From positions 62,001-126,000 of the forward strand of contig MU058065.1 of the NCBI GenBank assembly GCA_013265495.1: a stretch of DNA of 64,000 nt, written 5' to 3'. The stretch comes from Vicugna vicugna (taxonomy: Eukaryota). Positions 60,744 through 64,000 of this stretch are shown one piece after another. A program made the translations under genes and the position numbers. How positions within the stretch are numbered: position 1 is the first letter of the stretch; each line of letters starts with the position of its first letter. The notes under the pieces are model-generated. The model made no database searches and was not told the DNA's origin. It worked only from the letters and a program-made list of their open reading frames with translations.

Positions 60744-62853
60744 TTCCTGGTGACAAAGTCAGAAGACGAAACTGCTTTTAACCTTGTGCTGGAATTCTGT
60801 TCCTCTGCCTCCACCCCTTCCCTCTCCTCCCCACTGCTTCCTTAGGGAGTGTACTCAGGGAGGGGGGAGGTCAGGGCACACAAGGTGACACCTGGTTGAT
60901 GGTCAGATAAATCTGTAGCAGCAGCCACACACAGGACAGCTTTTTCATTTGAGGTTCCCAAGTGAAGTACTCGCTGGTATTTACAAGGCATATTTCCTAT
61001 AATACTAGTTCTGAGGTTTGTGAAGTTCATATGTAAGAACCTTGACCTCTACTGAAGTTTTCTTTTGACTATATATTTAGGTCAGCCTCTGGAAGGGACA
61101 ATTCCAGAAAAAAATATTTGTTAATACAAATTAACAAATTTGTATTAACTGAGCCCTTCATTTGAAGGTAGTGTTTCTGAGTTCTTAAGGGTGATCTTAT
61201 CAAGTTGCTCTGTGTACTTTAGTTCTGTGATTTCACAACACCAAGGCAATATAAATAGCAGTGGGAAACACCAATTTTTATTCCTGTTGCCCTGAAAAGA
61301 TTGAGTCAGGACTTGCTTAGGCTTATGTACTTAGAGAAATACCTGTCAATTAGTGACTCTCTTTAGAAGGTAATTATTGGTGACATTTTCTTTTTGTTCC
61401 TGAACCAGGATGTGTGAAATATTACTCACACACTGACCCACCACCTCACAGGCATGGCTACTTTTATACAGATAGGCAGTGAAGTCTGTATGCGTCTGGG
61501 ACCCATTATTGAGTTAAGAGTTATGAAAATTCATCCCAGCGTGTCTGCCTTACAGTTGCCTGTTCTTGCAAAGGCCTGCACAAAGACGTCATACAGATCA
61601 TTTGGGGGCTACTGTATGTCTTCTGTAAAATTACTTAACATTTTTATGCTGAAAAGGAGTCCTAAGACAGGGAAATGGAAGGGTTTGGTTTTCTTCTGCA
61701 TTGAACGTAAGGACTAGACCTTGTTCTCTTCATTTTTAGGATATTTACTGTTTGCCTCTAAGTTCAGTAGTGAATGTTGAAAGTTGGCTTCAGGTCTTCT
61801 GGGGCTAAGGCTGTACTGAAAACAAAAAACGTTTGTAGTAGGAAATTAGCTTGCCCTTCATTCTGTTGAGCCTGTTTTCTGGTGGTCATAATTGTGGGAA
61901 GGAGAGAGGAGTATAGTTTGCAAATAATGTGATGAGTTGGCAATGTAGAAGTTTCCAGCATTTGGAAACACTTTATTCTGACAAACTGATTATCTTGTTG
62001 TGATAGTCTTTTTATATATGCTTCACCAAATGAGCTTTAAAAAGCACGATTCTTCCTAATATGTGTCCATCCATAAGACATTCATGTGTGCGGTGGGTTC
62101 CTGTTGATAGGTTATTTATTATGTGGTCATAGTCTCTTTGATTCTAATATTTGACCCGTATCATTTTCTCTTTTGTAGAACAAGGTACAGGTATACAAAC
62201 ATTCAAACTAAGATTTAAGGTGATATATGATACAAAGCACTTATTTGATAAGTATTCAAGATTTATTTTCATGATTCATTCTCTGGAAGAGAGATTTAAT
62301 TGTGTATAGCAACCTCAACGGTAAAAATTTTGGTTATTTCCAGGGATGTTTTTGGGAATGTGAATCCCTCTAACACTTTAGCCATTTGTGTTGCAAAATG
62401 TTTCATTTATAAAGGAATGAGAATTTGAAGGGAGAAAAACCCCTGCAGAACTAAGATTTGGATTTTAAAGGAGATGAAAGAAGAGGCTAAGAAACAGTAA
62501 GATTTCCTTGCCTGTTTTCCTAATTTGAACAGGTTTCTTTTTATAGAGTAGAATAAATAATATTTGCTTGGAAGGAAATTGACAAATAAAGTTTTTATTT
62601 TTCAAAAGGGCTTTAAAATAAAATCCTCCTTATATGGAGGATACATTAAAAACAAACCAACAAAGCCAAAGAATCTTCTATTCTTAGCTTTCTGAGGGAA
62701 AATATAATACTCTGCAACAACCATATAATCATATCCTTAATAATCCTGAAGTAGCAATTGACCATGCTTTGACAGCAATATGCCAGAAAAATTCTACAGT
62801 GTGTATTTGTAAGATGTAAATGCAGAGAGATGAGAGATGGGTGGAGTGGGGGC

Positions 62854-62885
<32 letters not shown>

Positions 62886-62916
62886 CACGTGCCAGTGTGT
62901 ATATATGTGTGTGTGT
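62854..62916. repeat. (TG)n microsatellite, interrupted
   Basis: Direct reading. Confidence 0.9.
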
Positions 62917-63698
62917 TTTAAGTGAGGCACCAAATGCTACTTGGCACATTTAAATCCTGACTTGTGCTTATTTCTCGTTCTTGCTGAGTTTGCCTTTGCT
63001 CTGTTGAGTTTAAAGATGGGATTAGATAGTCAATTATCATCTGAAACAAAAAGGAAGTCAGACCTGTCCACAGCAAACCACTCTGCCTATGAAAGAGCAT
63101 GTTAGTTTGTGAAAACATTGTTTTCCTAACTTCCTCAGCTACTGCTGTTTGCCTCTCTTTCCTATTTCTCAGGTGAAACCTGAAACAGGAAAGGGCATAA
63201 GGGGCCAGGAGATGTGTGCTCTATCTCCTAAGCCCTCATTTGAAACATCTCTGCCTGTTTACTCTTTTCCACGGTCTGTTACAGGACATTTCTGAGGCAT
63301 TTCGTGCAGGTGGGCAGGACTGTTGGTTGCCCTTGATTCACCTCCTGTCCCACCACATTTTCTGTTTCTCTTCTCTCTTGTCCATCTGGGTCTCCTCTTG
63401 GTTCTTACCTGCCAGATCGTTTTCCAGTCTCCACCTCTCCCAATCCCCTTGTTTCCCACCTCTTATGTTCCTGGCATTGTCTTTTCTTTTCGGCTCCATT
63501 TCAGAATTTTGCAGTACTGGTGGCCTACTCTCTGCAGAGAGTAAATTGAGAGCCCAAATCGGAGGGCAGAAAGGGCTTTACAGCAGCCCAGCTATCTTCA
63601 CCCAGAATTTACCTCAAGTTTGTTTTTTAGTTTGGAAGCTGCAGCTGAGCGGATAGAGCAGGCTTTGGTAAAGACAGACTCAAGCCATAGTTTTTTAG

Positions 63699-63702
<4 letters not shown>

Positions 63703-63739
<37 letters not shown>

Positions 63740-63750
63740 TTTTTTTTTTT
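63703..63750. repeat. T36-G-T11 homopolymer
   Basis: Direct reading. Confidence 0.9.
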
Positions 63751-64000
63751 ATTTCCTCTTTGTGATTTCAAGGATTCCTACCTCCACGAGTACCTCCCAT
63801 CTCTCCCTCTCTTCCTCCCTCCTGTCCCCTCGCTGTGTGGCCTTTTTTGTCTGGCGCAAACCCTCTCTCGGCCCTGGCACTTCACCGTTTCCCCGGTCAC
63901 CTCTGCTTCCTGCATCCCTCCGTATTTATTTCGCGCTCGGCTTCCCCTCCCTCCTCTAAGCCCCCTTAGGCCCGAGGTTGGGGAATCTGCAGCGAGGCTG

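Overview
Mammalian genomic DNA, probably camelid (inferred from a short tRNA-Ala-derived SINE and an artiodactyl-type L1 3' end). Two genes lie head to head. RHBDD1 (rhomboid protease RHBDL4) is on the minus strand, with a CpG-island promoter at ~25.0-25.9 kb and two coding exons (2929..2497 and 1286..1154; the second is not in the ORF track). It continues off the left edge. IRS1 is on the plus strand, with a CpG-island promoter at ~55.5-56 kb, a ~1 kb leader, an uninterrupted 1241-aa CDS (56991..60716) and an intron starting 21 nt after the stop. The rest is mostly ordinary L1/L2/MIR/LTR/DNA-transposon sequence; family names are from memory and boundaries are approximate. I see no new protein-coding system. 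The strongest leads are regulatory: (1) a perfect inverted repeat upstream of IRS1 whose arms are 5' splice sites on opposite strands, which could let the IRS1 promoter supply an alternative RHBDD1 first exon; (2) a dense set of ORFs in the IRS1 leader (a polyQ uORF with a hydrophobic N-terminus, a TM-like uORF, AUGA-coupled uORFs, a 274-aa overlapping ORF and an open in-frame poly-Gly extension); (3) several long palindromes and motif clusters. All are hypotheses from sequence alone.
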